In this document: piece by piece, positions 54,238 through 63,979 of the stretch
How positions within the stretch are numbered: position 1 is the first letter of the stretch
Layout of the letters: each line of letters opens with the position of its first letter
DNA from: Thermoplasmata archaeon
GTDB lineage: Archaea; Thermoplasmatota; Thermoplasmata; RBG-16-68-12
NCBI GenBank assembly: GCA_035283985.1
Contig: DATESQ010000026.1
Location: 644-64,643, forward strand
DNA length: 64,000 nucleotides
Direction of reading: 5' to 3'
Translations under genes and position numbers: made by a program
The notes under the pieces: model-generated
What the model was told of the DNA's origin: nothing
What the model saw: the letters and a program-made list of their open reading frames with translations, nothing else
The model's database searches: none

Positions 54238-55370
54238 GTCTTCACCTCTTCGAGACCCTCCACGACGCGCAGTGCCTCCGCCTCCGTCATGACAGCTGAC
54301 ATGGGGAGGCAAATGTGACGCTCGCAAAGGTCGTCTGCAAGGCGGAATTTCTGGCCGTTCCCCAGGCCGAATTTCTGGAAGATAGGCTGGCGGTGGAGCG
54401 GAACGTCGTAAACCTCGCCCGCGAGGGAAATTCCGAGGCGTTCTTTCAGCTTCGACTTCAGCGCGGTACGGCTGACGGAGTGATCGAGAAACGCGATGTA
54501 CTTGTAGTAATTGGAACGGACGCCCTGACTGGGAACAAGAGGCTCGAGCCAGCCGACCGTTCGAAGCCGAAAGTCGTAGGTCTTCGCAACCTGTCGCCGA
54601 CGTTCAATAAACTCCCGAAGGCGGCCCAGCTGCGAGAGCCCAATCGCGGCATGAAGTTCGGAAAGCCTCCAATTGTAGCCCATCTCGACGTGCAGGTTCG
54701 TCGTGAAGCCTGCCTTCCCCTGATCCCGCAGGATCTTGGCGGTTTTTGCGAGCTCCCCATCGTTCGTAACGATCATCCCGCCTTCACCGGAGGTCATCAC
54801 CTTCGTTGGGTAAAACGAGAAAGCAGATCCGATGCCGAACGAACCCGCGGGCTTGTCGTTCAGCGTGCTGCCGTGAGCATGGGCGGCGTCTTCGACCAGG
54901 GCGATCCCCTTGTCGCGGCAGAAGTCCGCGATCTTAATCGTATCCCGCGCGACGAGTCCGCCGATGTGGACGAGGATGATGGCCTTCGTGCGCCGCGTCA
55001 GCGCGGATTCAACGGACGCCATTGAAAGGCAGAGGTCCTCGCCGATGTCGGCAAGGGCAGGTCGGTTTCCGGAGTGGACGACTGCGAAAGCGGTTGCCGC
55101 GAACGTATTGGTCGGGACGATGACTTCGGAGTCGCTCAGACGCAGAGCTCGAAGAATGATCTCGAGCGCGCTTGTGCCACTGTTGACGGCAATCGCGTGA
55201 CTCCCCCGAATCTCAGCCGCGAACCTGTTCTCAAATTCCCCGGTCCGCTTCCCCAGAGTAAGTTGCCCTGTTTTCAAGATGTCCCGGAAAACGCCCTGCA
55301 ACGCGTCGATGTCCTCATCCGGAAAGAAAATCCTGGTCGGGGGAATCGGAGATCGTTTCGCGTCGCTCAT
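54222..55370 (-). CDS. DegT/DnrJ/EryC1/StrS-family sugar aminotransferase (PLP)
   Basis: 382 aa from MSDAKRSPIPP.. ..GSFGIGSAFSFYPTKVMTSGEGGMIVT.. contains the PLP-Lys (PTK) motif. Confidence 0.8.
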   Translation of the reverse strand: MSDAKRSPIPPTRIFFPDEDIDALQGVFRDILKTGQLTLGKRTGEFENRFAAEIRGSHAIAVNSGTSALEIILRALRLSDSEVIVPTNTFAATAFAVVHSGNRPALADIGEDLCLSMASVESALTRRTKAIILVHIGGLVARDTIKIADFCRDKGIALVEDAAHAHGSTLNDKPAGSFGIGSAFSFYPTKVMTSGEGGMIVTNDGELAKTAKILRDQGKAGFTTNLHVEMGYNWRLSELHAAIGLSQLGRLREFIERRRQVAKTYDFRLRTVGWLEPLVPSQGVRSNYYKYIAFLDHSVSRTALKSKLKERLGISLAGEVYDVPLHRQPIFQKFGLGNGQKFRLADDLCERHICLPMSAVMTEAEALRVVEGLEEVKTWLQS

Positions 55371-55464
55371 GACAAACGGTCCCGTGCGACGACTGAGGAT
55401 AACGCTATTTAAGCGCGAGGGGACTATTATCAAGCCAGGTAGCAGGATTTGTTTCCGGCTTTCT

Positions 55465-56739
55465 TCACACCCGTCTGACCCGCAGCGCTGAGTGGGGATG
55501 TGTAATCGTCATGTACAGTCTCCCAGACCGAACGAAGCAGGATTGTCCGCGTTCCGCCGCTTCCTCGTCATCCACTTCGCATGTTGGACTCGAGCCGGCC
55601 CACGGGACACTGAAAGTGATCGCGGCCCGGGGATACCTATCGGGATCATGTCCCCACTTCACGATCCAGTCCAACGGGGAGACCTCTCGAACCAGGGCAG
55701 ACGACCTCGCCTCACAGTACGACGCGAGTTCCTTCATGGTCGCGATCCATATGTCTCCGCGTGCTTCTAGCGACTTTAAGTACGCCAAGGCGGGAAGCAG
55801 AACACCGCTCACCGTGGCCGCGCTCGGTTCCGACGGATGAAAGCTCAAGTGACAGGCGACCTGTGCCCGAATTGCCGCCTCAACATACAGCGGGAGTCGT
55901 CGCGAGTAATCGACCTCCGGATCGAACAGCTGGAGAGATTCTCGGATGTTCCAAAGGCCGTGCGCCTTCTCCGGATACGAGAGGTCAACTCCGTCACCGC
56001 CCCTGTAGGCGATGAACCCATTCTCTCTCAGAGCTGCGAAGTTTCCTTCGAAGTTCCCGGGAAAGACAAATGATCTTAGCCCGATTCCTTTCTGAGACGC
56101 CTCCTCCTGACACCTTCGAAGTTCTCCTTGTGCGACCTCAGGAGGACAGTTCGCGTCCGACAGATCCGTGTGGCTGAAAGAGTGAGAACCGATTTCGTGC
56201 CGCACCTCCGATGCAAGAATCCGGTCGACCAGGTCCGATGCATACCATTCCGGCGCGGCGTCCACCGAAGAACACGGGTCATACTGGTACCAGTCCCCGC
56301 GTTCGAAGCTCCACCGCCAATTGCGATACGGTCTCGGGTGAGGCAGTTCGGGATGCGCGCGACCCATCGGATCACGCCGGCACTCTCCCAGGAAAAGGTG
56401 GCCGACAACGGCCCATGTGACGGGTATAGCATTCCGGTTGAGCGCCGCGAGTAGTTCGGGAAAGAACTTACGCGTGCGTCGTCCTTCATCCCTCGCGAGC
56501 CCGAGGTTTACATATTGCGATGCCCACGCGAGCTCGAAGTCGGCGCTGATGCAGGTCGCCGCACGAGCTCCGAATTTCCAAGGCTCCAGGCGCGCGCCGT
56601 CGAAGGTTCTCAGTTCGGGCAGAGCACCGATTGATGGATGTAACAATCCGTGTGCCATCTCGCGCAATCGGGTTCGCAGGGGCTTCGGAAGAACGGCAAG
56701 AGCACGGTTCATAGCCCTTCGATACGTGAGCGGCTGCAT
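55465..56739 (-). CDS. polysaccharide deacetylase-family (CE4/NodB-like) protein
   Basis: 424 aa, ..IPVTWAVVGHLFL.. and ..EIGSHSFSHTDL.. (H-S-x-x-H zinc motif). CE4 assignment is moderate confidence. Confidence 0.55.
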   Translation of the reverse strand: MQPLTYRRAMNRALAVLPKPLRTRLREMAHGLLHPSIGALPELRTFDGARLEPWKFGARAATCISADFELAWASQYVNLGLARDEGRRTRKFFPELLAALNRNAIPVTWAVVGHLFLGECRRDPMGRAHPELPHPRPYRNWRWSFERGDWYQYDPCSSVDAAPEWYASDLVDRILASEVRHEIGSHSFSHTDLSDANCPPEVAQGELRRCQEEASQKGIGLRSFVFPGNFEGNFAALRENGFIAYRGGDGVDLSYPEKAHGLWNIRESLQLFDPEVDYSRRLPLYVEAAIRAQVACHLSFHPSEPSAATVSGVLLPALAYLKSLEARGDIWIATMKELASYCEARSSALVREVSPLDWIVKWGHDPDRYPRAAITFSVPWAGSSPTCEVDDEEAAERGQSCFVRSGRLYMTITHPHSALRVRRV

Positions 56740-56819
56740 TCTCCAGATCGGGAAGTTATCACCCGCATATGAGACTTGGCAGTCGAAATGAATAGATACC
56801 CCGCCCCTAATCGCTTCGC

Positions 56820-57986
56820 GTGCACGTCGTCTTGGTGTCGACCTACTCGCCGCTCGCTGTCGGGGGAATCGGGCAGTTCGTGCACGACCTTTCCATCGCG
56901 CTTCATCGTCGCGGTCACGAAGTTACGGCAGTGTATCGATACGAACGGCCGGAATTTCGGATTAGTGGGGAGTTACGAAATGCTGCCCATCTGGTCGAAC
57001 TTCGCCCTCGGGACGTCGGAGGTCTTCGGACCTTTTCGGTAAACCGTCAGACCTCCTCTTGGGTGCGGAATAACCGGCGGAACATCGATGCGCTCCACGT
57101 CTTGAACCCGATGCCGATGGCGGCAGCGGCGATTCGGGCCGGGCACAAATATGGGGTTCCGTCCGTCGCAACCATATACGCCAAGTATCCCAGAAGTCCG
57201 AAGCCGCTCCTCCGATGGGCAAACGCGAGGGCCCAGGAAATCGTCCTCAGAGAGGCGGATGTCTTGGCCTACGAGTCTGTGAACACGATGCGAGAGTTTG
57301 CCCCGGTCAAAGGACGCGTAATCCTCAACGGGATCGATACTGAGTACTTCTGTCCTCGACCCGAAGTCCGAGAGAGGATGAGACAGACCTTAGGAGTCCC
57401 CGAGGACGAGTTCGTCCTCTTGTTCCTGGGTCGAATGGACCGACTCAAGGGGATATACCTATTTCTCGAGGCGCTGGGGCATCTGCGTCGGCGCGCCGGT
57501 CGGTTTTCTTGTCTCCTCGTAGGTTCCCTCGAGGTCGATGACATTCCCCAATGGATAGGGAAGCTCGGTCTCAAGGACACCGTGAAGCTCATCGGTCCGG
57601 TTGGCAAACTCGATGTCCTTGATTATTATTGTGCAGCCGACCTGTTCGTCTTGCCCTCGTATCTTGAGGGCATTTCCAGCGCCCTGATCGAAGCGATGGC
57701 ATGCGGGCTCCCCGTCGTAGCCACAAATGTGGGCGGAAACCCGGAAGTGATCCGAGACGGGATCGACGGTATCGTGATCGAACCCGGCAATCGTCATGCC
57801 CTGTCCGAAGCGCTTGCACGTTTTGTCGAGAACCCTTCGCTAGCTCGTTCGTTCGGCGCAGCGGCACGAGCACGGATTCAAGAGCGTTTCAGTCTCGATG
57901 TGATGACCGAACAATATCTAAAAGCGTACGGCGAGGCTAGGGCGAAGTCGCAGATGACATCTCCACCTCTGAGCGGCTGGCTCTAA
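56820..57986 (+). CDS. family 4 glycosyltransferase (GT-B)
   Basis: 388 aa, MHVVLVSTYSPLAVGGIGQFVHDL.. and ..FVLPSYLEGISSALIEAMACGLPVVATNVGG.. Confidence 0.8.
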   Translation: MHVVLVSTYSPLAVGGIGQFVHDLSIALHRRGHEVTAVYRYERPEFRISGELRNAAHLVELRPRDVGGLRTFSVNRQTSSWVRNNRRNIDALHVLNPMPMAAAAIRAGHKYGVPSVATIYAKYPRSPKPLLRWANARAQEIVLREADVLAYESVNTMREFAPVKGRVILNGIDTEYFCPRPEVRERMRQTLGVPEDEFVLLFLGRMDRLKGIYLFLEALGHLRRRAGRFSCLLVGSLEVDDIPQWIGKLGLKDTVKLIGPVGKLDVLDYYCAADLFVLPSYLEGISSALIEAMACGLPVVATNVGGNPEVIRDGIDGIVIEPGNRHALSEALARFVENPSLARSFGAAARARIQERFSLDVMTEQYLKAYGEARAKSQMTSPPLSGWL

Positions 57987-59157
57987 CCCGAGATAGCACA
58001 GCAGCATAGAGCTTCAAGTGCTTGTTGACAAGCTCTTCTTCGCTGTACACGCGAACAGCGGTTTCCCGCGCCTTCCTGCCCATCTCGAGCCGTACTGAGT
58101 CGTCGCGCACGAGTCTGTCGATCGCGTCCGCCAGCTGACGAGGATCTCCCGGATCAACGAGCAACCCATTCTCGCCCGGTTGCACACGCTCTGTCAGACC
58201 TCCCGCGCGTGAGGCGACAACGGGGATTCCCGTGGCGAAGGCTTCGACCACGGTGATTGACGAGGCCTCCCATAGAGATGGAGATACGAGCAAATCTGCC
58301 GCCGCGATCAAGTCGGCTTTCTTGGGGTACGACAGGGCACCCGTGAGAACTACGTAGTCCTGGAGCTGGAACTTCGAGACTATCCTCTCAAGTCGCTCCA
58401 GATAGGCGTGAGCGGCCTCCGAGTCGAGAACGGGGCCGACAATCAGGACGCTGACCGGCGACTTGAACGCCTTCAAGTGAGCCACTGCTTCAACAAGTTC
58501 CGCCACGCCCTTCACAGGCGTCACGCGTCCAACGAAAATTACCAGCTTGCCTCGGTTCGGTAACCCATACTCTTGGAGAAACTGCTGGCGGGCTCGCTGC
58601 TTCTCCACCGGGCTTATTGGATGATAGAGATCGACGTTGACCGCGCCGGGGACATAGCGAACGAATTCATTGCGAACAGACGAGAACGATTTGAACATCT
58701 CCTCGAGGCTCTTGGAAACGAAAACAAGCCCATCGATTCTCGGGCTGAGGAGTCGAAGCGTCAGGGAGTGCTTTGTCCAAGGCGAGTGGAACGTATGGAC
58801 CGCGGGATGTCCGAGGAATTTGGCGAGGAAGGCGGTAAGGAGTACATAGGACGCGCCGTGGCTGTGCACAAGGATTGTCCCGTACTGGTGGCGGAGACGC
58901 AGAATCCGTATGAGACACAATATGGCGTAGGCAACGTGGATCGGGATGCGCACAGGTTTTGGCAGTCCCCTAGCTTCCATGAGATTAAGCCCCTTAGGGA
59001 AGCGGAAGCTCCTGACATCTATTCCTCTGCCCGGGAGGAGCCGTTCGAGAGGATCGAGATAATGCAAGATGCCGCCAATGATGCCCTCTGAGACGCTAGT
59101 GAGGAACACGACGAGATCAGGGAGATTCGAGTACGCCCTGCCGCCAAGTCGGCTCAC
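57937..59157 (-). CDS. family 4 glycosyltransferase (GT-B)
   Basis: 406 aa, ..LLVSPSLWEASSITVVEAFATGIPVVASRAGG.. Confidence 0.75.
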   Translation of the reverse strand: MSRLGGRAYSNLPDLVVFLTSVSEGIIGGILHYLDPLERLLPGRGIDVRSFRFPKGLNLMEARGLPKPVRIPIHVAYAILCLIRILRLRHQYGTILVHSHGASYVLLTAFLAKFLGHPAVHTFHSPWTKHSLTLRLLSPRIDGLVFVSKSLEEMFKSFSSVRNEFVRYVPGAVNVDLYHPISPVEKQRARQQFLQEYGLPNRGKLVIFVGRVTPVKGVAELVEAVAHLKAFKSPVSVLIVGPVLDSEAAHAYLERLERIVSKFQLQDYVVLTGALSYPKKADLIAAADLLVSPSLWEASSITVVEAFATGIPVVASRAGGLTERVQPGENGLLVDPGDPRQLADAIDRLVRDDSVRLEMGRKARETAVRVYSEEELVNKHLKLYAAVLSRVRASRSEVEMSSATSP

Positions 59158-59286
59158 CGGTTCGGTCCTCCTGCAGCATGGATGTTCATCTCGGACACCT
59201 ATGAAAACACGCCGCCCTCTGAATCACGGATGAGAACTCGGGCACGGGCCTCCTCGGCATTCGAGGCGTCACTAGGAGGCGTATAA

Positions 59287-60798
59287 TCATGTAGGTCCGC
59301 GCGCAGCGTCGAGGATTTGTCGAAGGTATCGAGACAACATCCCCTTCTCGAGGAGTCTCAGCAGAGCGAGATATACCGCTAACCCTGCACTCACCGTCAG
59401 GAAGAACCCCGCAAGGGAGGTTGGAAGGATTAGATGCAGACCCACGAGAAACAACGCCATTCCGGCCCCCGCCCCGACCAAGGGTCGGACGCTGTTGGCC
59501 AATTCGCCCCATCGGACGCCAAGGAACCTGTTAACGCGGTGCTGGACAAGAACGAGGTTTACGGCGTAAGCGGCGGCGACGCTTGCCGCGACGCCAACAA
59601 TGCCGCCGTACAACAGCCCAGGACCAAGCAGTACGACGAAGACGCCAGCGTGTAGCCCGGTGGTCATAGAGACAAGATGGGACCTGCCGGTCGCCATGAA
59701 TGTGTATACGCCAGGCTCTGCTATCCCGCGCAGCATGCCCATGACACAGAGGATTCGCATGGGGAGAACGATGGGAAGCCAGACTGGGCCCAAGACGATC
59801 TCGACGAAATCATCGGCCAGGATGAGAAGCCCAATGTAGACCGGCCAGCTGGCCGCGTTTATCATCAGGATCGTTTCGAAGTACCCTTTCCGCAGTCGCT
59901 CCGGCGAATCGCGAAGGAGGACGTATGTGGGCATCATTACCTGAGCGGCAACTTTGGAGAGGAAGTTAACCGGAACATTGGCCCATTTGTACGCGAGGGC
60001 GTAGAAGCCGAGAGCGACCGCGCCCAGAGATCGCGCGATGGCCGCACTATCGATGTTCAGGATGAAAAAGACGAAGAGGTTCATCAAGAATAGGTGCCTC
60101 CCGTACCGGATCAGGTCCGTCGCGAGAGAGCGATCGAAAACGATTCGAAGTTTCCATGGGGACTGGAGCCAGTATGCCCCGAGGAGGACGACGGCGGCGA
60201 CGACGCTCGCGATAATGATGCTCCAGAACCCGAAGCCCGCATATGCGAGCGAAATGGATGTAACGGCGGACGCCAACGCAGAAGCGGTTGAGGCGCGCAG
60301 TATTACGCCGAACTTGAGATCCTTTTGAAGGCGTGTTACCGGGATGAACGCCGCGCTGTTCAGGAGGAACAAGGATGCAACAAGTCGGATTGCATCGGTC
60401 GTCTCCGCTGCCGAGAAAAAGGCCGCTGCATACGGGGCGAAGACGAATGTGACCGCGAAGAGAATGAACGCGATTACGATCCGGATGGTGCTCGCAGTGT
60501 AGAGCGCTTCTTCCGTCCGGTCCTTCCGCTGGATTACCGCGGGTCCCAAGCCGAAGTCCCCCGCGATCCCGACAATTCCCGTAACGAGGGCCGCGACCGC
60601 CGCGAAGCCGAAGTCCCGAGGCACCAGAAGACGCGCAAGAATGATCAGCGTCAGGAGATTAATCGCTGCACCGACAATCTGAAGAATTGCCATCGCACCA
60701 AGTCCGCGGACAGCGCGGGCCCGCACAGTGGCCTGCGACACCCGTGGCCGGACTTGACCCTGACTCATCAACGTTTCTGGCTGGTTACTACGAATCAT
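59287..60798 (-). CDS. Wzx-type oligosaccharide flippase (MOP superfamily polysaccharide biosynthesis protein)
   Basis: About 503 aa from MIRSNQPETLMSQGQ.. About 12-14 TM. The ATG at 60798 abuts the stop of the upstream methyltransferase (60795-60797). The track ORF (to 60927) is over-extended. Confidence 0.7.
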   Translation of the reverse strand: MIRSNQPETLMSQGQVRPRVSQATVRARAVRGLGAMAILQIVGAAINLLTLIILARLLVPRDFGFAAVAALVTGIVGIAGDFGLGPAVIQRKDRTEEALYTASTIRIVIAFILFAVTFVFAPYAAAFFSAAETTDAIRLVASLFLLNSAAFIPVTRLQKDLKFGVILRASTASALASAVTSISLAYAGFGFWSIIIASVVAAVVLLGAYWLQSPWKLRIVFDRSLATDLIRYGRHLFLMNLFVFFILNIDSAAIARSLGAVALGFYALAYKWANVPVNFLSKVAAQVMMPTYVLLRDSPERLRKGYFETILMINAASWPVYIGLLILADDFVEIVLGPVWLPIVLPMRILCVMGMLRGIAEPGVYTFMATGRSHLVSMTTGLHAGVFVVLLGPGLLYGGIVGVAASVAAAYAVNLVLVQHRVNRFLGVRWGELANSVRPLVGAGAGMALFLVGLHLILPTSLAGFFLTVSAGLAVYLALLRLLEKGMLSRYLRQILDAARGPT

Positions 60799-61622
60799 AC
60801 GAACTCGGCGAAGTACGCCCTCCGGTAGCACGCGCCGAAGTGGAGCCTCTTGGATAACGCGAACAGTGGGCCCAAGACCAGCCCATATGCCGGGTGTGAC
60901 TGTGAGATCCGCCGTCCGATTAGCCACCGGAGTTTCAGGCCAAGAAGGCTCTCATGGTTTCGGACGCGGAACCAGACTGCGTTCCGCACCACGGCGGATG
61001 ACGCGATGAGCTGATCCAGCTCGGGCCCAGGCAGGCCGTTCGAGACATGTTCTCTCCGCCAGTCCGGCTCATCTCCCCGCGCTCGCTCGATTGCTGCTGC
61101 CCAACGGTCGTGTGCAGCCGCCTCCGTTCCATAGGGAACGCCGATGACGAGCGCCTTGGACGCGACGCGGAACAACTCTCGGACCGCCGCAGGTCGCTGC
61201 GACGGGGGCAGATGTTCGAGCGTATCAAAGCTCAACACGAGGTCGAAGCTCCGCTCTCGGAACGGCAGGTGCGTCATCGAGCCAACGACGCGCCTCATTT
61301 GCCCGCCATCATCCGGAATGCGATCACGTGGGAACGCGAGGTCGAGTCCGACGCACTCGCGCCCTGCATACCGAGCGAATCCATGAGGTCCGCTTCCGGC
61401 GTCCAGGATCCGATTGACTGGGGCTGAACGGTGGGAACGCTCCGACAAGTACCTCAGGGCAATGTCGTATCTCAACTCCGCATCAAACTGAGTCGTGCGA
61501 CTCCAGTGCAAGTATTTTCTCAGGAGAGCAACAAGACTGGGCCATCGGGGGCGCGGTTCCTCCCACCGCAAGTAGGCCTTGGCCTTCTCCCGCAGCTGGA
61601 GGAATTCAAAGATCGCAATCAC
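60795..61622 (-). CDS. class I SAM-dependent methyltransferase
   Basis: 275 aa, motif I ILDAGSGPHGF, ..LPFRERSFDLVLSFDTLEHL.. Confidence 0.6.
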   Translation of the reverse strand: MIAIFEFLQLREKAKAYLRWEEPRPRWPSLVALLRKYLHWSRTTQFDAELRYDIALRYLSERSHRSAPVNRILDAGSGPHGFARYAGRECVGLDLAFPRDRIPDDGGQMRRVVGSMTHLPFRERSFDLVLSFDTLEHLPPSQRPAAVRELFRVASKALVIGVPYGTEAAAHDRWAAAIERARGDEPDWRREHVSNGLPGPELDQLIASSAVVRNAVWFRVRNHESLLGLKLRWLIGRRISQSHPAYGLVLGPLFALSKRLHFGACYRRAYFAEFV

Positions 61623-62560
61623 CCGCCCGTCGCCTCCGGGCGAGGGGCCCGAGGCCAGTCGTCACGGAACGCATGTGGACGGAGAAGCCACGACTTTGCC
61701 AAGCCGATGTTGAGGCCGAGGAGGGCGATGGCCTCGACGGAGAGCCGCTCAGGCCGACCGCGAACCGCACTCCTCCAAACCTGTCGCAGCTGGTCGGCGA
61801 AGGTCCTCTTCACGAAGTACGAACCCACATCCGGCTCGCGAAAGTGGCAAAAGAAGTAAGCGGCAAGGCCGACCCGGTACGTGTACATCATGCGCATCTC
61901 TTGCACCCAAGTGTCGAGGGGTTCGTGGTACACGAGGGCTCTGGGGTTGATGCAAACGGTCAGCCCGGCGGCGAGAATCCGATGGAACATATCGAGGTCT
62001 TCGCCACCGCAAAGGCGAGACCCGATGCCCAAGCGCTCGTTAAAGGGGCCTACGCGGCGGATGGCGTCTCGCCGGATAGCGAAGTTGTTCCCGATGAGAC
62101 CGAGTTCCCAGAATGGAGTGAACCGATCCACGCGGACCAAGCGTCTTTCGGCATATGGGAGGACGAGCGTGGCAGGGTACGACCTGCCCTTGCGTCGCGG
62201 GACGGTTTGCCCCACACAAGCGATGGCCTCGGTCGTGCAGATGGGTTCCGTGAGCTCCCGTAGCCACCCATTTGAAACGACACAGTCGTCGTGCGTCACG
62301 GCCACAATCTCGTTTCGCGCCGAGCGGATTCCCGCATTCACCGCCGCAGAAATGGAACCATCTTGCTCGATGCTACGCGCGAAGCTCGGGATATCTTTCG
62401 GCAGGCAACGTCCGGGCGGAACGACGACGAGGACCTCATCTTGCTCGCCCTGGAGCGAGATCGACTCCAGGCAGGAACGGAGCGATCGATGGCGCCTTCC
62501 GGCGCTCGGGATCACGACCGAAACGCCGCTGCGCCTCGGTCCAATCGTGCTAGTCGTCAA
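61619..62560 (-). CDS. family 2 glycosyltransferase
   Basis: 313 aa, ..VSVVIPSAGRRHRSLRSCLESI.., DxD-like ..HDDCVV.. Confidence 0.75.
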   Translation of the reverse strand: MTTSTIGPRRSGVSVVIPSAGRRHRSLRSCLESISLQGEQDEVLVVVPPGRCLPKDIPSFARSIEQDGSISAAVNAGIRSARNEIVAVTHDDCVVSNGWLRELTEPICTTEAIACVGQTVPRRKGRSYPATLVLPYAERRLVRVDRFTPFWELGLIGNNFAIRRDAIRRVGPFNERLGIGSRLCGGEDLDMFHRILAAGLTVCINPRALVYHEPLDTWVQEMRMMYTYRVGLAAYFFCHFREPDVGSYFVKRTFADQLRQVWRSAVRGRPERLSVEAIALLGLNIGLAKSWLLRPHAFRDDWPRAPRPEATGG

Positions 62561-62593
62561 GACTCATCCTCCAGCAAGACGGGCACTCGACCG

Positions 62594-63979
62594 TTAGAAT
62601 GCGAGCCACATGCGTACCCCGTTAGCCTCGAACGTCTTGTACCGGTTCTCATAGAGATCTGCCAACAGCAGGGATTCGTACGTCACGCCCCAGCCCGTGT
62701 GATATGTGGCGAACTCGCGACTGTCCTCGCAGATCACGGAAACCGCGTACGTGTCAGCGATTCGTTCCGAACGTGTCCCGAGTCGATTCGAAAACATCAC
62801 GGACCAGTCCGCTCCCACGGTCACCCCAACCGGGGCGAACAGCGCGTCGGAATCGATTGTGAGTTCGGTGATCGGAACCGGAATCGTCTGGAACCCGTCT
62901 ATGAATCCAAATGCCAGGGCATCCGGACCATATGTCGCTGTCGTCGCTCCCCCAATCGGAAGGTACGCGTCGCCCGTCACAGATGCGATCCGAGATCCGA
63001 GGAGTCCGTCATTGCACGCGAGCGTTCCTGAAACATGATACTTTGCGTAGAGGCCCGCCGTGTACTCTGATTCGGACATGAACGTCTGTCGTGGAAGCTC
63101 GAAGCTAATCGCTTGGCTTGCACTGACACTGGCAACAACGATGAGCGCAAGGACCGCGAGACTCCGATGCTTCTTCGGAACCCGGGAGATGAGAGACGCG
63201 CATCCCATCCCAATGAACAAAGCGAAGAAGGTCACGATGTAGAAGCCCGTGTAGCTCCGGAGAAAGAGTGTCGGGACGATTGCGAGAGGTGTGGAGAGGA
63301 ACAAGTACTCCGGCGCGCCTTTGTTCCGGGAGAACAGGACGACGGCGATTCCGACGATCGCCAACGGTGCGAGCAGTCCGACGCTCCGCCCCAAGCTGAC
63401 GGCGAGGTTACCGAATGCAGTGATCACCGAATCCCCGGAGAAGTAGGCGCCCTGGTGATAGGTTTCGAGGACCCCAGACCCGAACAACAGCACCGCGAAG
63501 ACACTGCCGTATACGGCGAGACCGACAATCCGACTCCGGCGTCGGAAGGCCGGTGACATCAGCACCCTCGGGATTTGCTTCTTCACAATCTTCGTAGCGA
63601 CGACGAAAATCATCGTCAGGAGGAACGCGATGAACACGACGACCATGAGGACGGCAAGCCGATGGAACAGACTCATCAGGAGGAACATCAGGCCCGCAAT
63701 GGCGATTTGACGGGGCTCCGGAAGCTTCACGGCCCGAAGGACCGCCCAGAGGAAGAGCGCCGTGAGCGTCATGAAAAATCCTCGAGCGGGGACCTCCCAA
63801 AGGGTGTTCGTCACGAACTTGGGCATGAGGGTGAAGACCAACGGGACCGCGATCGCGAATAGGTCGTTCCGGGAGAACTCCCGTGCCATGAGGAAGCCCG
63901 CGAAGACGGACAGGGCCGCGACGAGGAAGGAAAGGATAAGCGTGGCGACCTCGAGCGAGACGCCCGAAGCGCTCGCCAA
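62594..63979 (-). CDS. large polytopic membrane protein with C-terminal extracytoplasmic domain (possible glycan polymerase/transferase); N-terminus may extend past the window end
   Basis: At least 461 aa, about 10 TM in the first ~300 aa, then a soluble ~150-aa domain. Reading frame is open to the window edge. Confidence 0.5.
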   Translation of the reverse strand: MASASGVSLEVATLILSFLVAALSVFAGFLMAREFSRNDLFAIAVPLVFTLMPKFVTNTLWEVPARGFFMTLTALFLWAVLRAVKLPEPRQIAIAGLMFLLMSLFHRLAVLMVVVFIAFLLTMIFVVATKIVKKQIPRVLMSPAFRRRSRIVGLAVYGSVFAVLLFGSGVLETYHQGAYFSGDSVITAFGNLAVSLGRSVGLLAPLAIVGIAVVLFSRNKGAPEYLFLSTPLAIVPTLFLRSYTGFYIVTFFALFIGMGCASLISRVPKKHRSLAVLALIVVASVSASQAISFELPRQTFMSESEYTAGLYAKYHVSGTLACNDGLLGSRIASVTGDAYLPIGGATTATYGPDALAFGFIDGFQTIPVPITELTIDSDALFAPVGVTVGADWSVMFSNRLGTRSERIADTYAVSVICEDSREFATYHTGWGVTYESLLLADLYENRYKTFEANGVRMWLAF

